A DNA stretch of 64,000 nt from Lytechinus pictus. Taxonomy: Eukaryota. Location of the stretch: NCBI RefSeq assembly GCF_037042905.1, contig NC_087245.1, positions 25,794,001-25,858,000 of the forward strand, in the 5' to 3' direction. The position numbers were made by a program, and so were the translations under genes. Positions 36,961 through 51,437 of the stretch are shown here, one piece after another (position 1 is the stretch's first letter; every line of letters begins with the position of its first letter). The notes beneath the pieces are model-generated. The model had not been told where the DNA came from, did not search any database, and was given only the letters and a program-made list of their open reading frames with translations.

Positions 36961-39900
36961 ATGAGAAAAGAAAAAGAAAGGATGAAGGATACTTTTTGTT
37001 AAATGGTATTTCAAAATCCATTACAAAATTATATTTTAATTTACAAAAGGCCATAATTTACATTTGCTTGCTTTCCTCCCTCGCAAGATTTAAGTACTCC
37101 CACATACGCCACGTTGTGCCCCCTCAAATTTTTTGGTTCATTACGCAACTGACTAGACATAAACTAGCCAATTATCATCTTCATATGAATTATTAATCAG
37201 TAATACAATGATGCCGTATGGTAATCCCTTTCAAACCTTTTTCTTAAAAATGAAAATAAAAAGATTGTCATGTTGTTAATGATTATTTAAGCCTCACCTT
37301 CCAACGTTCACATTTCAGCGCTTGTAATCAAAATTATTTTAATTACAAGCGTTGGAATGTTAACGTTACCATCCAAGGATTCCAAACATTTGAAATATCG
37401 GTATTATTTACTTGACATAGAAATAATAAAACTATCTTTAAAACTTAAATAAACGTAATCGTATTCTTTACCATGAACACCAATGGCAACGATCTTTTCC
37501 ATTGAAGTCACTTCCAGTACAAAGAGAGCAGTTGCATTTATCTTTTATTCGAGTACTATAGCATCGTGTTGAAGTGCATGATTGCAGTTATTACATTGGA
37601 GTGGAAAAGAGAACCTGATGAGGGGAGTTCCATGATGTTCCTTCGGGCATGGTTCGGGCTGGCTAGAAGAAAAAACCTAAAAGCCCCTTTATTATCCCTC
37701 CATTCTCCCACAGACATGGTAGGAGAACATAAGTGTTATAAAAGCAAGTAGTCATAGGAAGCACCCTAGGGGAGTCTACCAATATTAATATAATCAAGTG
37801 GTAAATGGTAGTAGGCTAATAACCCACTCACATATGCCGTAACCACACCATCAGACGAACTAAGGAAGACATTTGACAGGTTTACACCTTAGCAGTATGC
37901 ACAATAATTAAAACTGGCACAGCTCATTTCCTTTTCTCATACCATTCCGTTTTACAAAACAGTCTCTGGTTAACATGGTTCAGATTGAAATCTTTCGAAG
38001 CACTAATAGGGAAGGCGTCCCGTTCTTGTTGATAATGGCCTCGTAGTGTGCCAATTAAATTGTACAATTATAGGGTCAGCGGATAATGCTTTCGATTGAT
38101 TAAGATGTATCTAAATTGTAAAGGGCAAAAACAAGAGGTGTATGTTCATTACGTGGCTCAAACATGGTCAAAAAATAAATATTACAAACATTTATTCTTA
38201 GACCATTCATGGAAACCTCGTAATAGATAAGGATGCCCGCGAACTTGGTAACCTTTCCAGGAAGCTTAAATTTGGATACAGTTGTTTTAATACATTGGAT
38301 GGGAAATTATTCACATCAGCAGATATATGTAATCTTCTTCTTACCAGCCAGATCTACTCCAAACAAGAAGTCCACTTGACCTAGAAGAGAAATTCGAGCA
38401 AACATGACACCGAAAATTTAATCAAAATTAGATGCGAGATAAGAAAGTGACGACATTTTAAAGTTTCAACCGTAATCACATATCACGTTGTATGCACACC
38501 CATTTCTCTATGCAAATAGCAGAGCCTATGACGTGACATGAGCACTCCTTGTTTTTCTATGCCTAACTTCGTAATATTAAATAATTTAATTGTTGTAGAT
38601 TTGGCGATTTAAAAAAAATGTTTCTCTCATTCCAACTTAATTACATTGATTATGAATTTCACGTTGGTGCCGAGTTAAACCAAGTTTCACATTTTTATTT
38701 AATCGGAAAAAGTTTTACTTGATAAGATGCAAATGATAAAGTAAGTCGGTGACATTCTTGTATTCCACCAATGAATTAATATCACTATTTTGTTTTTGTG
38801 ATTTTTAAATCGAAAATGAATAACCTACTTCACACCCGATTTTGATGAGATTATTATTATATATCTGACCCTGCTTAACAATATACCATGGAGCCGCTCC
38901 TGTATTTAAACGTCGTAAGATGTAAATAGTGGGAATACCAACATGGTAATGTACTTAGAATATCAAACATGAACGTTCCTGGTCATTACTTTTGTATTCA
39001 ATTGACCGAATCATCTTTATTGCCCTTAATCACCAATGTTGAAATGGCAAACGAATCGAGGGTTTTCAAATCATGGACTACTGTAGACGTTTTAATAATT
39101 CGTCTGCGATCAAAAGTCGATATTTGTAGGATTATACCGACTTCAGCCAAAATGACACAAGGCATCAGCTGAGACGTTTGGAGACAATGCCATACAGGGT
39201 GAAATAAAGTGAAACGATTAAAGTGTCATTTAAGAATATTTGTCTGCAACCTTGTAGTATAAGGGTACAAAGGATAAAGACATGAAACTAAACCAAATTT
39301 AAATCGATTTGGGAGGTATGAGAAATGATAGCAAACAGAAGGTAATACAAATATTTCTTAAATAAAAAAAACAGCAACAAATCTACGCCATAGATGTTGT
39401 ATATTGTACATGTATATGTAGATAACAAGATATAAGTCAGGAAAACTAAAACAGTAACAGCGTTTGATATCAAAGATGTTCACGTGAATCAAAACATCGA
39501 GTATAGTGTGTCGATACAAATATATATACTGCATTTTCCCATTGTTTTAATTTTCTGGAAAGATGTTGCAGCGTTAACAAATTATTTTAACACATGTTAC
39601 ATGCAGTTTACCATCTTCCTGAAATGATATTAATTTTAGGTTTGAATATGAACACAAATATTGTCAAAGGTCAAGGGTCGTTCAAACTGTGGGGGTGTTT
39701 TTTATGATAAAAAAACGCTGAAATAATTTAAGCTGGATTCAAACTAGGGATTGAGATACCATTTAAAAAGACATTTCCGACGGGTAGCCTTTATCTGAAC
39801 GGGGGTGTTTCTCTGAAACGTTACTCATCTTCCCATGTCTCTTCTAATGACTTGATACTGACATTTCAAATGCGAAAGTTAAATCGCATGCACATTCAGA

Positions 39901-39979
39901 CGCACTTATCGAATTTGGCTTGTCATACTCGAATCCTTCGTAAAAATCATTTAAGCTCTTGCAGGAGAGAAGTGTCTAA

Positions 39980-40440
39980 GGGCCTTTTCACACGCGAAAC
40001 TTGAATCATCATTGTATTGATTGCATTTCGTCTTTAGAATCATCGGACCTTTCACACGCTAACTCGAAAACTGTGATTTGAATTCGAATTCCCGAGCGAA
40101 GGCGGTATGTGTCCTTGGTTACTTGTCAATCAAAGCACTGCATCGATACGACGAGTGCATGACAATTGTATTATCTACGGAAGTGCTTGAAAGGAGAAAG
40201 TAAGCTCCGCCCCCAAAAGATGTTTGGGAGGACAAGGCTTTCACACGTAAAATTCGAACCGTAATTTGAGTGAAACCTTACTTGAATTCACCACCGGAGT
40301 AGAATTTGAATTCGTGATTGTGATTAGCTTTCGTGATTCTAGTTTGGTTTCACACGTGCTGAAATTCGTCATTGTCCTTATTTTTCACTGGAATCATCAT
40401 TCAAATTACGTTTTTTTTTTTTTTACCTTGAGAAAGGGCA
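39980..40440. mobile_element. Degenerate Harbinger-like MITE with repeated TTTCACACG motifs
   Basis: Starts GGGCCTTTTCACACG and ends ..GAGAAAGGGC, with four TTTCACACG copies. Confidence 0.4.
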
Positions 40441-41848
40441 GAAAGAAAGAGCTTTATAGACCCCCTCTCCGGCAACATTTACAAGGCTTTCAAGCTAATG
40501 GATACAGCATTTACTCATTTCAATTTCAATTGCTATTCTGCATAATTTATGTTAATTCATATTATGGTCTTTTTGTAGTAGGCGAACGTGCAGCGCCGCA
40601 TGTGCAAGGCACTTTCTGCGCACGGCCGACTGGGTACATGGCACTGCTCCGTTTAAAACCTTCTCTATTTGCTTGTGCGTTCGACGTAAATAGTGATTCA
40701 CTTACGTTTATAAAAACAAAAACAAAAAAACACGTAGCCGAATGCAGCTTTTCTGGGACATGTCCAAAATAGCTATCATGTGTTTTCTGTGTACTCCTGA
40801 GTGTTTGATTAAAAAGGGCGGACTATTCTACAAAATTCGCCATAGATCACACGGACGGAGGTGCATTGTGAGTTGCAACCCCCCCCCCCGGGGGGGGGGG
40901 GGCACTCGGTATACGTGGTGAGTATGTGCCGCGGAGGGGACGCCCACTTTAACAATCAGATTTCCGTTGCAAGGCATAGTATATTTATCTTACTGAAAAA
41001 AAAACAAAGAAAGCCGCTCCAAAGGATAGCATTTTCTTCTTATTTATCGAGAAAAACGAAGAAAAAAATTCGTTTCAAAACTTCGCATATTTTTCGTTAC
41101 GCCGTTCCGGCCGCACTGATCCGCTACAATGAGCTGTAATTTTGGTGAAAAGCGGACGCAGAGCGATGTCCGACCATCGCCTCTGCGCGAGCGCACCCGG
41201 CGCCCGTGTCGCCGGGCTAGCTGCATGCACGTATGCCCGTTCCATAGGGATGCATGCGCACTCACACGCAGGCGACCCGCTCCAAGGAACCCCGTTTTCA
41301 TAGTTCCGAAACCCGTTCCGAGGACCCTCCTTTTTGCAATACGCCCGCTCCAAAGCCCCCGTTCTTTGTCTCGCCCGCGGCACAAACCGACGCATCAGGT
41401 ACCGCCTCGATTTGCCTATTATACATTTGACGTAAGGAGCACGTAGAGGAGGTACGATGACCTAGGTATCACTTGCGTATTGATAACAGTACGTAACCAC
41501 ACGCAGCGTTTGTCCAAGATGCTCAAATGTCACCGTACGTTTTCTGCGTACTGCTGAGCATGTTGACTGTCTGATGAAATGGGAGTGACCGTGCGTGCGA
41601 CGTACGCATGGGTTTCCTCCCAATTTACCCCACCACCCCACGTGCGTACGGTGTTGCAAGATGAGTTGGAACAAAGCGACAATGGTCTTGAATTGATGAC
41701 GGCCTCTGAAAGGAGTTATCATCATTATTAATGTAGTTTTGTTTTGGGGTAGTTGTCTGAGGTTATTCATCCTTGAACAAAATCGTCTAGGGTTGTCATA
41801 GAGGGAATATATCATATAGTAAGTCCTAGCATTCCTGCGGGTATCTTA

Positions 41849-42268
41849 AGGCCACCGCACACCTTACGACCCGACCAGTCGCCGACTGGCTTGCGACTGA
41901 GTGAGGGGAGATGTGACGTCACAGCGCATGTCAGCTTCAGAGTCGCAGACCGGTCAGAGACAAGTCGCAAGGAAAATCGGAAGGATTTGACATGTCGAAT
42001 CCTTATGACTGGATCGCAAGCTCAATCCAAATTCCAGCCAATCAGACAGCAGAGTTGCACGACGCGTATATGATAAACAACGCGCATACGCAGTAGTAAA
42101 CGCATTCTCTTTGTTGTTATGCCAAAAAGCAAAAAGCGCATGCGTGAGTCGCAGATCGGATCGCAAGGTGTGCGGTGTCGAGGCTTATGACTGCCTTGCG
42201 ATTCATCTCCCCTCACTGAGTCGCAAGCCAGTCGGCGACCGGTCGGGTCGTAAGGTGTGCGGTGGCCT
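41849..42268. mobile_element. PIF/Harbinger MITE (420 bp)
   Basis: TTA|AGGCCACCGCACACCTTACGACCCGACC ... GGTCGGGTCGTAAGGTGTGCGGTGGCCT|TTA, with ~60-bp TIRs and a 3-bp TTA TSD. Confidence 0.9.
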
Positions 42269-45200
42269 TTAGATGTCCAGAGGGGGTGTGTTCTCACGAG
42301 CTGAAATGGTATCCATGTTTATCCAAAAACATCGATTAAAGGTTCGGATTTCCGAGCCAAGGCATCGATTACGTTTTTTGGAATGGTTATTTTTCAGTCT
42401 TACCGACTTTTTTTTAAAGAGAAATGGTTAATTTTTCGCTGGTCATTCGACGTTTATCTTTATATCGCGCGCCGGGCGATTATGCTCAAGTTCGAGCGTT
42501 CGCTCAAAGACTTGGTGTGGCGCGGTCCCGGGGCGCAGTACATAGGCCCTACATACAATTAATACACAGTATACATTTTTTTCTCGTGCGTGTTGGTAGC
42601 CCTGATGCCCCTATGGTGGCGCGGTCACCATTAAATGGGTACATTTGACATAATATTACGCTATTTATGATATTTAGGGTTATATTTTACATAATCATAC
42701 GCCATTTCGCGACACCAAGGATTACGCCATTTAGGGTCCAATTTTGAAGTGGTTGGACGAGCATGGGTACCTCTTCAGTCCTTTAGTGACAACCCCTCGC
42801 CCTCCCGGTTGTCCGGATGCAGTCGATATCATGTTCGAGACGAGGATGTTTGTATTCGTTTACTGTTAAACAAATGCAGACACAACTAAAAATATGTAAC
42901 TCGAAAACTTCTGTTTATAAATAGAAATTGTATATTCCACTTGATACTCCAAAGGCTACTTCATCCCATAACAAAACTTCAAGTATTTATAGACATTATA
43001 ATCTCTGTAAGTCTATTTTAGGAATTAAAACAAACATCCTCATATTTCCACAAATCTTATTTCTATTTTTGACAATTGGCAGACATGTGAGAATCCTTGA
43101 AACTTGTATCTAACATTTCACACAATAAAATGCATGTTTGACTTATACACGGTTTTAGGGTGGAAACTCTTTCATAAGTCGATTTGCCGCAGGCGATATT
43201 TGATATTTGCTCTCAAAATCTAGGATTTGTATTATGATTTTATTGCCAAAGTCACCACAATGACAACTGTTTAAACAATCTGATTTACGAATTATATTCT
43301 TCAGAGAACCCTATACGTAGTTTCGATTCTAATAGAAAGAGTGTTGGTAATTATTACAAATTATTAAAGATGATTAAGATCAGACCTCCTGCCTTGTTGC
43401 GTGCTTAAATTTGTAGATAAAGATATCGTGAATGCGAATGTAGATGAGAGTTGGGTGTTCTCTCCATAAAATATGACACCTGTCATGGTTCAGAAAGATT
43501 GCAGGTGTTTGATGTAAAGCCTGAATTTTATTGTAGTGAGTTGTGACAAACAACCTATGAATCGCCTTTCCATCCTTCAACCGCGATATTGTATCTAATT
43601 CTCTTCATTTTGTTTTGCGTTGTATCATAACGAAAATTTCATTACGAAAGGTTTTTACGTGCCGCATCATCACCTTGTTCGCTTGTAATCTATATTAATT
43701 GCTCGTCCTTTCCCGGAGAGTTTCCTGTTCAATCTGTCATTGAACCTTCTCTCTCTGTCAATAGTTACTACCGCATCAGCATATCTAATACGGCATGATA
43801 ATTTCATTTGGATATGTTTCCTTGTGCCCAATCGTACAATCAAACATATTTCACGCATTGCACGTAGTTATGGTTTCAAGGTGAACAGAAATTGGGGCAC
43901 TGAGTAACGAACACGATAAATGAAAAAAAAAGCGTTTCAGGAGATTAGGACATTAAATATCCAAGGATTGGTTATTACTAGTAACCAGAGCTTGATCGAT
44001 TTATTGTTAGAATATTGGATTTTTGTAATTTAATATTTATATATTTATGGAAATACATTTTCAAGTTTTCAACCGATATCTTGAATTTCTAAACGCGTAA
44101 ATCCATAGGTATTCAACGAGCAAAAATATTTGGATTAGTCCATTTTATCAAAGGGTGTTGGGTGTGTTGCCCCTTCTTAATGACCATTGACTTCGATGAT
44201 GTGACCTGGAACTCACGCAAAACGATAAGTAATGCTTGATTACCCTTATATCCAAAGTTTCGTGACTAGATTCATGAACTTTTAAAGTTACGATGTTATT
44301 CTAATAATGTTCCCAACATAGTCAAAGTTCAGTGGGAAATCACCCGTAAAAGTTGGCATTATTGTTTCGAGATTTTGGGCGAAAATTTAAAATATAATCA
44401 TTTTGTTATTTCACACATCAGATTTACATGAAATTGTCAGTGATTCCGGGTTGTTTGACTGATTTTAAATATTGACTGTCACCAACTTCCTGTGGGAGTT
44501 GCCCTAACATTGATATTAGTTGTTGTTTTTTTCCTATGCACGAAAATGAAAACGGAGTTTGCAATCATTTTATATCGTCGAATATTATAGGGTATTTACA
44601 TCAGTTGTAAAGGAAAAACACACTGTTTGATCTTTATTGAATATTGAGTCAGGCATGGAATTGTGTACAGACTGCACAGTATTATTTCAATCCATAATTG
44701 TTTCGATGCAATTAAAACCACAGTACATAGGGGTTTTTTGCCGGGGGACTATTTGGACCTGAATAAAACATGACAAAGGAAACGCTGCGAATTATTTTCT
44801 TTATTGTATCATCTTCCCTTCGGAAATCCTAGATTATCGACGTCAGTTGCCTACGGTTATTCCAGCGATCCTTTGACATGCTTGACAATCGATCTCAAAA
44901 TATTGATTAATATAATGAGCAGAAAAAGAGGACGATTTTTGTGACGCCAATCGATATTTGCACCCAGGAACTGCACGTAAATGTAAAAAAAAAACACGAT
45001 TTAATTAATTATTGTCGAGATACATTGCATAGTGTCACGAAATAGGTTTAGATTTAGAATTAATAAGATTACTTGTTCATTATTGTTTCATATCTTCGTT
45101 AGATCTATAATAATTTGAATTTATTTTAAGTATGTACAATACATAATTATGATACATAGTTACAATAAATTAGAATATAACCACAAGAGCGTGATACCTT

Positions 45201-46296
45201 TTTATGTAACATTCAGAACAACGTTAAATTATAGTTACAATACTGCCAAAAAATATGACACCTTAAGGAGGCGCTTATTATATTAAAAGTCAAATTACTG
45301 ACACATAAAAACAAACATTGTCTGCTTTTAGTCCTCGTTTCATCCTTGCTGAAGAAACTTTGTGAACGGTCCATTGTTTGGGCATGTTGGGGGCAGGGTG
45401 TGTATGTGCGGGTGTACGCGCGTTTGTGTGTTTTTGTGTAGATGTGTTTGACGTTGAGTATGTGAGAATGGGTATTGGAAATGTAATGCGTTTGAATGTG
45501 TGTGTATTGATGTTATGAAATGTATGTGCGCGTCTCAGGGAATGTATGTTTGTGTGTATGTGTGTTGGGTATGTGCGTATGTTGGCGGGGTGAATGTGTC
45601 GATGTGTACAAGAATGGGGATATGTATGGGGATACGTTTGGGTGGGTGGGATGGTTTCGTTGTTTAGTGAATAGGTGGGTGCGCGTCTTACACGATAATT
45701 ATTAGGGGTGTGTTTGTGTGAGAGTGTTTGTAGTAAGACAATTTATAAAGAACAGGGTGAATTGTTTTTTCCATGATTTATAGTTTGTTGAAATATACTT
45801 CGTGGATATTTTGAATTTACATTTGAACGAAAAGAAACAAAGTGCTGTAATGATGTATGTTGACTCTGACTAATAACCAAATGTTTGTATAAAACTCATT
45901 AAACGACAATTTTAAGTATCATGAGGAAAAGATACACCGTGAGAGATTTTATTTTGAACTTAATACATCACATTGATTACTTTTCAAAGATATTGCAATC
46001 TCTTCAAACTTTATAAAAAAAATCAGAGAACTGTATTAACTGTGGGATTTTCAACCTTTAAGATATGAATAGTTTCATTTGATGCAAACTTACATATTCA
46101 CATTTAATTTGGGTTAAAATCTATTGTAAATAATTGTTTTCAATCAAAATAAAAAAAAACTATTTCGGTTTTCTGACAATTCTTTTTTTGCGGTTTATGA
46201 TCACTCAAATGCTCCAGAATTAATATGTTAAATTTAGATAATAATAAGTTAATTAATGCGTCAACCATGTTTGTACTAGCGTTCATATCCGTTATA

Positions 46297-47119
46297 CAGT
46301 GCGTCCCAGAAAAAACGAAACCGAGATTTATCAATGATTTATCATAACTTAATCATAAATACAATAGACAAATGACCTACCATTATAAAGCTTAGAATCT
46401 CTTCTTTCATCTAAAATTACTTAGATTATTTCTCATTCACGCATGAGTGAGCAAAAACAATTTGAAGAGGGGATGCCAAAAAGTCATTTGGCGGGCTGTA
46501 TCTGGGTTTCAAAAAGAAAACCACATTAAAAAAAAAACAATATCTGCTCTTTAATTAGATACCTCAATTACCGAAAATGGTCAAGAAAAAAGAAAGTTCT
46601 GGTTGTTTGAAATAAGGCTTAAATTTCAATAATTTCATAAAATGAAGAGGTTTTACAGGCAAGCGTTCAAACTCACTCGACACTCCGTTTTGTTGACGAT
46701 CTGCCATGCATTAAGTCTTTTGTTAACCATGCGATAGCTTCTGTGGGAAACCGGTGAAAACACGTTTATTTAATGAAATTATGGAAATACAAGCATTGTT
46801 TCGAGGGAACTTAACTTCTTTACTTCTTGACCAATTTTTGTGATTAAGGTATCAAATAAAAGAGCAGATATTGAACTTCTTAGGCATGTGATTTTCCTTT
46901 TGAAAATCAGATACCCCTCGCCAAATTAGCTTTTGGTATCCTTTCTTCAAATTGTTTTTGCTCACTCATGTGTGAATGAGGAATAATCTAAGTAATATCA
47001 GATGAAAGAAGAGATTCTAAGCTTTACAATGGTAGGTCATTTGCCTACGGCATTTGTGATTAAGTTATGATAAATCATCGCTTAATCTCGGTTTCCGTTT
47101 TTCTGGGACGCATGCACTG
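46297..47119. mobile_element. Tc1/mariner-type MITE (~820 bp), copy 2 of the 18120..18947 family
   Basis: TA|CAGTGCGTCCCAGAAAAAACGAAACCGAG ... GCACTG|TA, colinear with copy 1. Confidence 0.9.
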
Positions 47120-48177
47120 TATATTCATAATCCGTTCGGCTCATTTAGTCACCATCAATAAAAAACCTAACTTCAATTTTGCACCATGGGGAATCAACCA
47201 TTATACTCTACAATAAATATTCTTTCAAGTTTCCAATCACTGATGTTCGTACCATAAAATCGATTCCTTCGTCACACATGTATAGAAATCAATTCAAAAA
47301 TCTTGACATTCAGGTTTTACCATCGACGAATGTCTGCACTTGTTACACATTCGAGTGAGAGAACATTGAAAGGAGGAATGTGTTGAAGTACAACTTCATA
47401 GCATTACTAGATCACAAAGAAATTATACATTATTTATATTACATAAACAGCTAAGGACCCTCCGGGAAGTCTCTAAGGATATCTGCCAAGTACTGAAAAG
47501 CAATGAAGACTGCCACGAGGAAGTATGCAGGTGTGGAGCTACCTCGAAAGGTCCATCGCATTTTCCATAACCTTGCCTGAAGGTGGTTGTATAATTCTAT
47601 TACCAGGCAACCACCGCAGACGCATATACCGGTTTCTTTTTTTTTATCCGAAAGATTTGTGTTTTGTTGATATGTTTAAGACAATATCTTCATACTGTTG
47701 TGAATATTAGCAGATAAGATATTTGTTGGCATTTCTATAGCTTGCATGGGACTAATTTACCCTTTGCTGAGCTTCCACCTTACATTCAAGGTGTGCCATT
47801 TTCCAACCCGTACGAAATGCAGTGTCTTATCCTGCGTTTAAAACACGGACAAAATTTAACTTTCGAAGAAGAAAAAAAAAATTCATATAATACATGTATT
47901 GACTGGCCTTGATGGGGACATCAAATATGCTCCCGCAACAGAATCATATTGGTCTGAGTCTTTAGACGAGGGCAATATGGTTCATTAAAGGGCAAGAAAG
48001 AAAGAAAAGAAGAGCCAGTTAATATTTTTATTACCTACAGCTGTATAATGTGTAATTTGAGCTTCTATTTGGAAGAATTTATATGCCTGTTGCTTACAAG
48101 TATAATTACTTCTGATGTCAGATTATTCACGAACCTGGCGAGGTAATCCTTGCTAAGCAATATCACTGTGACATATA

Positions 48178-48625
48178 CCGTGTTTACACGCTGCATCGGC
48201 TCGCGGTTCTAAACCGCGAGCCGATGCAGCGTGTAAACACGATCGGCTTTTTGTTGCGTGTAAACGCGATGAACTTGCATCGGCTCTCGGTGCAGAATCG
48301 GCAATTTTGCACCACCAAAGTAGTAGGTTCAGAACTGCGAGCCGATGCAGAATCGGCTTTTTTTCTACGTGTAAACAGAAAGCCGATTCTGCATCGGCAA
48401 TTGGCGCGCATTTGATTTACTTTATTATCATGACGTACTTGTAAGCGCACGGATCCAGCGTTGTCTTTATTAATTGTTACCGCGCAGTCGCGCATCATGC
48501 ATGGCGCGCACATACACTTAACGCGTAAAAATCTTGCGCTTGGGTTGATCGGCTGGGAATGCGTATGCACTGGCCGCGCCGCGCATTTTCTACAATCAAC
48601 GAATGTAGAGGGCAGCAACACTTTA
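48178..48625. mobile_element. Partial TA|CCGTGTTTACAC-family MITE, ending at the LINE tail
   Basis: Begins TACCGTGTTTACAC and shares GGCTCGCGGTTC/GAACCGCGAGCC motifs with 51438-52340. No right TIR before the LINE tail. Confidence 0.6.
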
Positions 48626-48630
48626 CAGTT

Positions 48631-51436
48631 TTCAATTCAATTCAATTCAATTCAATCATTTTATTTTCCACTTTCAATTTCATATTTACAATTTTTGATA
48701 CAATTGACATAGTAACATATAATCACATTTGAAGTACATACAAAAAAATTGATAACATTATAAAATTACAATAGACAATTATCAAATCGAAATATAAATA
48801 ATTGAAAGGGAGGGAGGGCCAACTGATAAGCAGAGCTTGTATAATGTAGGCCCCCCTAATGTTGTAATTACGTGTTTATAGCAACTGAATTGCTCTTTTG
48901 TAAAAACAAACAAACAAACAAACAAATAACAATATTTACATTATGTAATATATACATTATTATACAAATCATATGCATCATATTAAAAAATATTAAAAAA
49001 TATATGAATCACTCAAAGTGTATACAAATTATTAAAGGTTTCCTTCTTAGCACTGAAGGCTTAATTTGTAATTGATGAATTAAATATTTAGTAATAATTC
49101 AGGAGAAATGATTTAAGTCGTTTTTTGAACATTTGTATAGAATTGCTTTGTTTTATATCAATTGTAAAAGAATTCCATAGCTTAGGACCCATAAAAATAA
49201 ACGTTTTTTGAGCAAATGATGTTCTGTTCAGTGGTAAATGAAAAGAGTTTGCTTGGCGTGTGAAGTGACTATGAATCGAACTATTTTTAAAAAACATATC
49301 AATTAGAGGCATAGGTAGTTGTTTAGTATTAAGCTTGAACATAAACTGTCCAAGTTGAAAAGTGTACAGTTCTTTAATTTTCAGAATTTTATTTTTCAAG
49401 AATAGATTATTTGTATGTGCCCGGAAATCTGCATTATTTATTACACGAATAGCTCTTTTTTGCAATATAAATAGTCTATCGATCAGCCAAATTGTTGCAT
49501 TACCCCAAGCAATAAGTCCATAATTTAAGTAAGGGAGGATTAATGTAGAATACAAGGATAACATAATAGTGTGTGGTAAGAATTGTTTTAATTTACCAAG
49601 GATCCCAGTATTTCGAGCAATGATTTTGCAGACATTGTCCACGTGCGGTTTCCAGGAAAGCTTGTCATCTATGATTAGCCCAAGGAATCGAGTTGATCGG
49701 ACCCTTTGGATGACAGTACCATCAAAAATTACATCATTTGGTAAAGCTTCAAATTTATTACTAAACAGCATATAACTAGTTTTATCAAGGTTTAGTGATA
49801 ATTTGTTTGCTTTTATCCAATTTGCAACGTTTTTAAGTTCTTTATTTAACATTTGCGTCAATTGTTTTGGATCATGATGTGAGAAAAATATATTTGAATC
49901 ATCAGCAAAAAGAATGAATTGAAGTAACCTAGACGACTTTTCAATGTCATTTATATAAATTATAAACAAAAGTGGACCCAGAATACTGCCCTGCGGAACT
50001 CCGCAAAGGACAGGCTTGTGTTCAGAGAAATTGTCATTAAGTGAAACGAACTGGGAGCGCCCTTTAAGATAATTCCTAAACCATATCAATGGTTTTCCCC
50101 GAATGCCGTAATGAGAAAGTTTGAAAAGAAGGATGTCGTGATCAACAGTATCAAATGCTTTAGAAAAATCTATGAACATACCAACCGTATTAGAAGACTG
50201 GTCACTTTCTTTAGCTACCTTTTGAACTAAAGAAAGTATTGCATGAGTAGTGCTACTCTTTTCTCGGAAGCCATATTGAGTTTTAGAAAGAATATTGTGC
50301 TTATGAAAGAAATTTGTTGTACGAATGTGGACCAACTTTTCAAGGATTTTGGACAAAGTTGTTAGCAATGAAATGGGTCTATAATTATTTGTTAGCTCTC
50401 TATCACCCTTTTTGAAAACCGGAATTATTTTCGAAATTTTCATTGAATCTGGAATATGTCCAGATGATAAAGACAGATTGAATATAATGAACGAGAGGAT
50501 GAACAATATAATTCATAGTTTTTTGCAGAAGGTTGTTATCGATTCCATCAAATCCTGCACTCTTATTCAATTTCAGCCCATATATGATTTTGATTATTTC
50601 TTGTGGGTAGGTAGGAGAGAAAAATAAAGAACTTTCGTTTCTATCAGTCAGATAATTATGAAAAGAGTGATCTGTTGATGGTATATGGCTAGCGAGGTTA
50701 AAACCTACATTGGAAAAATAATTGTTAAAAATATTTGCCATTTGAATTGTATTCTCAATTATAGCATTATCATGCCTAAGCTTAGTAATCTTAGGATGCT
50801 TTGATCCATTGTGAAGGGTAGAATTTATTATCTTCCATGTTCGTCTTAGATCATTTTGACAGCGATTAAATTGGTCATGATAATAAACCTTTTTTGCTGT
50901 GCGGATGACACTTGTAAGTACATTCTTATAACTGGTATACTGAATCCTTGTTTGATCAGTACATTTAGACAAGTGTTTATAGTATAACCTATTTTTTCGA
51001 TTTATCGATCGCAGAATCGAATTCGTAATCCAAGGAAGTCTTGGCGACTTCTTATAATTTTTTGACTTATGTGTAGAATAAGGAATATTTCGATTTACGT
51101 GAGACATGAAAATGTCAATAAATTTATCATACGAATGATTAACATCTTCGTTATTAAATACATCATGCCAAGTTTCTTCCTCAAGGCTTAACTTCAAACG
51201 ATCAATGTTTTCGTCACTAAACACGCGTCTTTTTGTAAAATCACTGGGGGTATTATTTGGTTGAAATTTATCAGTGTAATGCATAAATATCGGAAAATGA
51301 TCGGATATATCTGACAGAACAATTCCAGCATTAAACTCTGACTGTATATTTGAAAAGAAGTTGTCAATGAGAGTTGCTGAAGTTCTGGTTATTCTAGTGG
51401 GTTTAGAAATGAGTGGCAGAAATGAGTGGATACATT
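48631..51436 (-). mobile_element. 5'-truncated non-LTR retrotransposon of the CR1/L2 group (Crack/Daphne-like)
   Basis: ORF2 region from the end of the endonuclease through RT, then ~450 bp of 3' UTR and a (TTGAA)n tail (TTCAA repeats at 48631-48656 on +). Confidence 0.9.
49088..51432 (-). pseudogene. LINE ORF2 (reverse transcriptase), split by one frameshift near 50487 and truncated at the 5' end
   Basis: Motifs PTRIT..SATLIDNFF, KSAGFDGI, NYRPISLL, QYGFR, FIDFSKAFDTVDH, GVPQGSILGPLLF, YIND, FADDS, FLGLIID and LWNSF, spread across ORFs 50403..51497 and 49088..50506. Confidence 0.9.
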
Positions 51437-51437
51437 T

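Noticed and set aside
40861..41815. GC-rich ORF cluster as a host exon or CpG-island gene
   Set aside because: Overlapping low-information ORFs on both strands next to a CCCGGGGG repeat-type terminus; more likely transposon interior.
45390..45725. 61-aa Cys/Val-rich ORF
   Set aside because: It is a translation of GT-rich low-complexity sequence.
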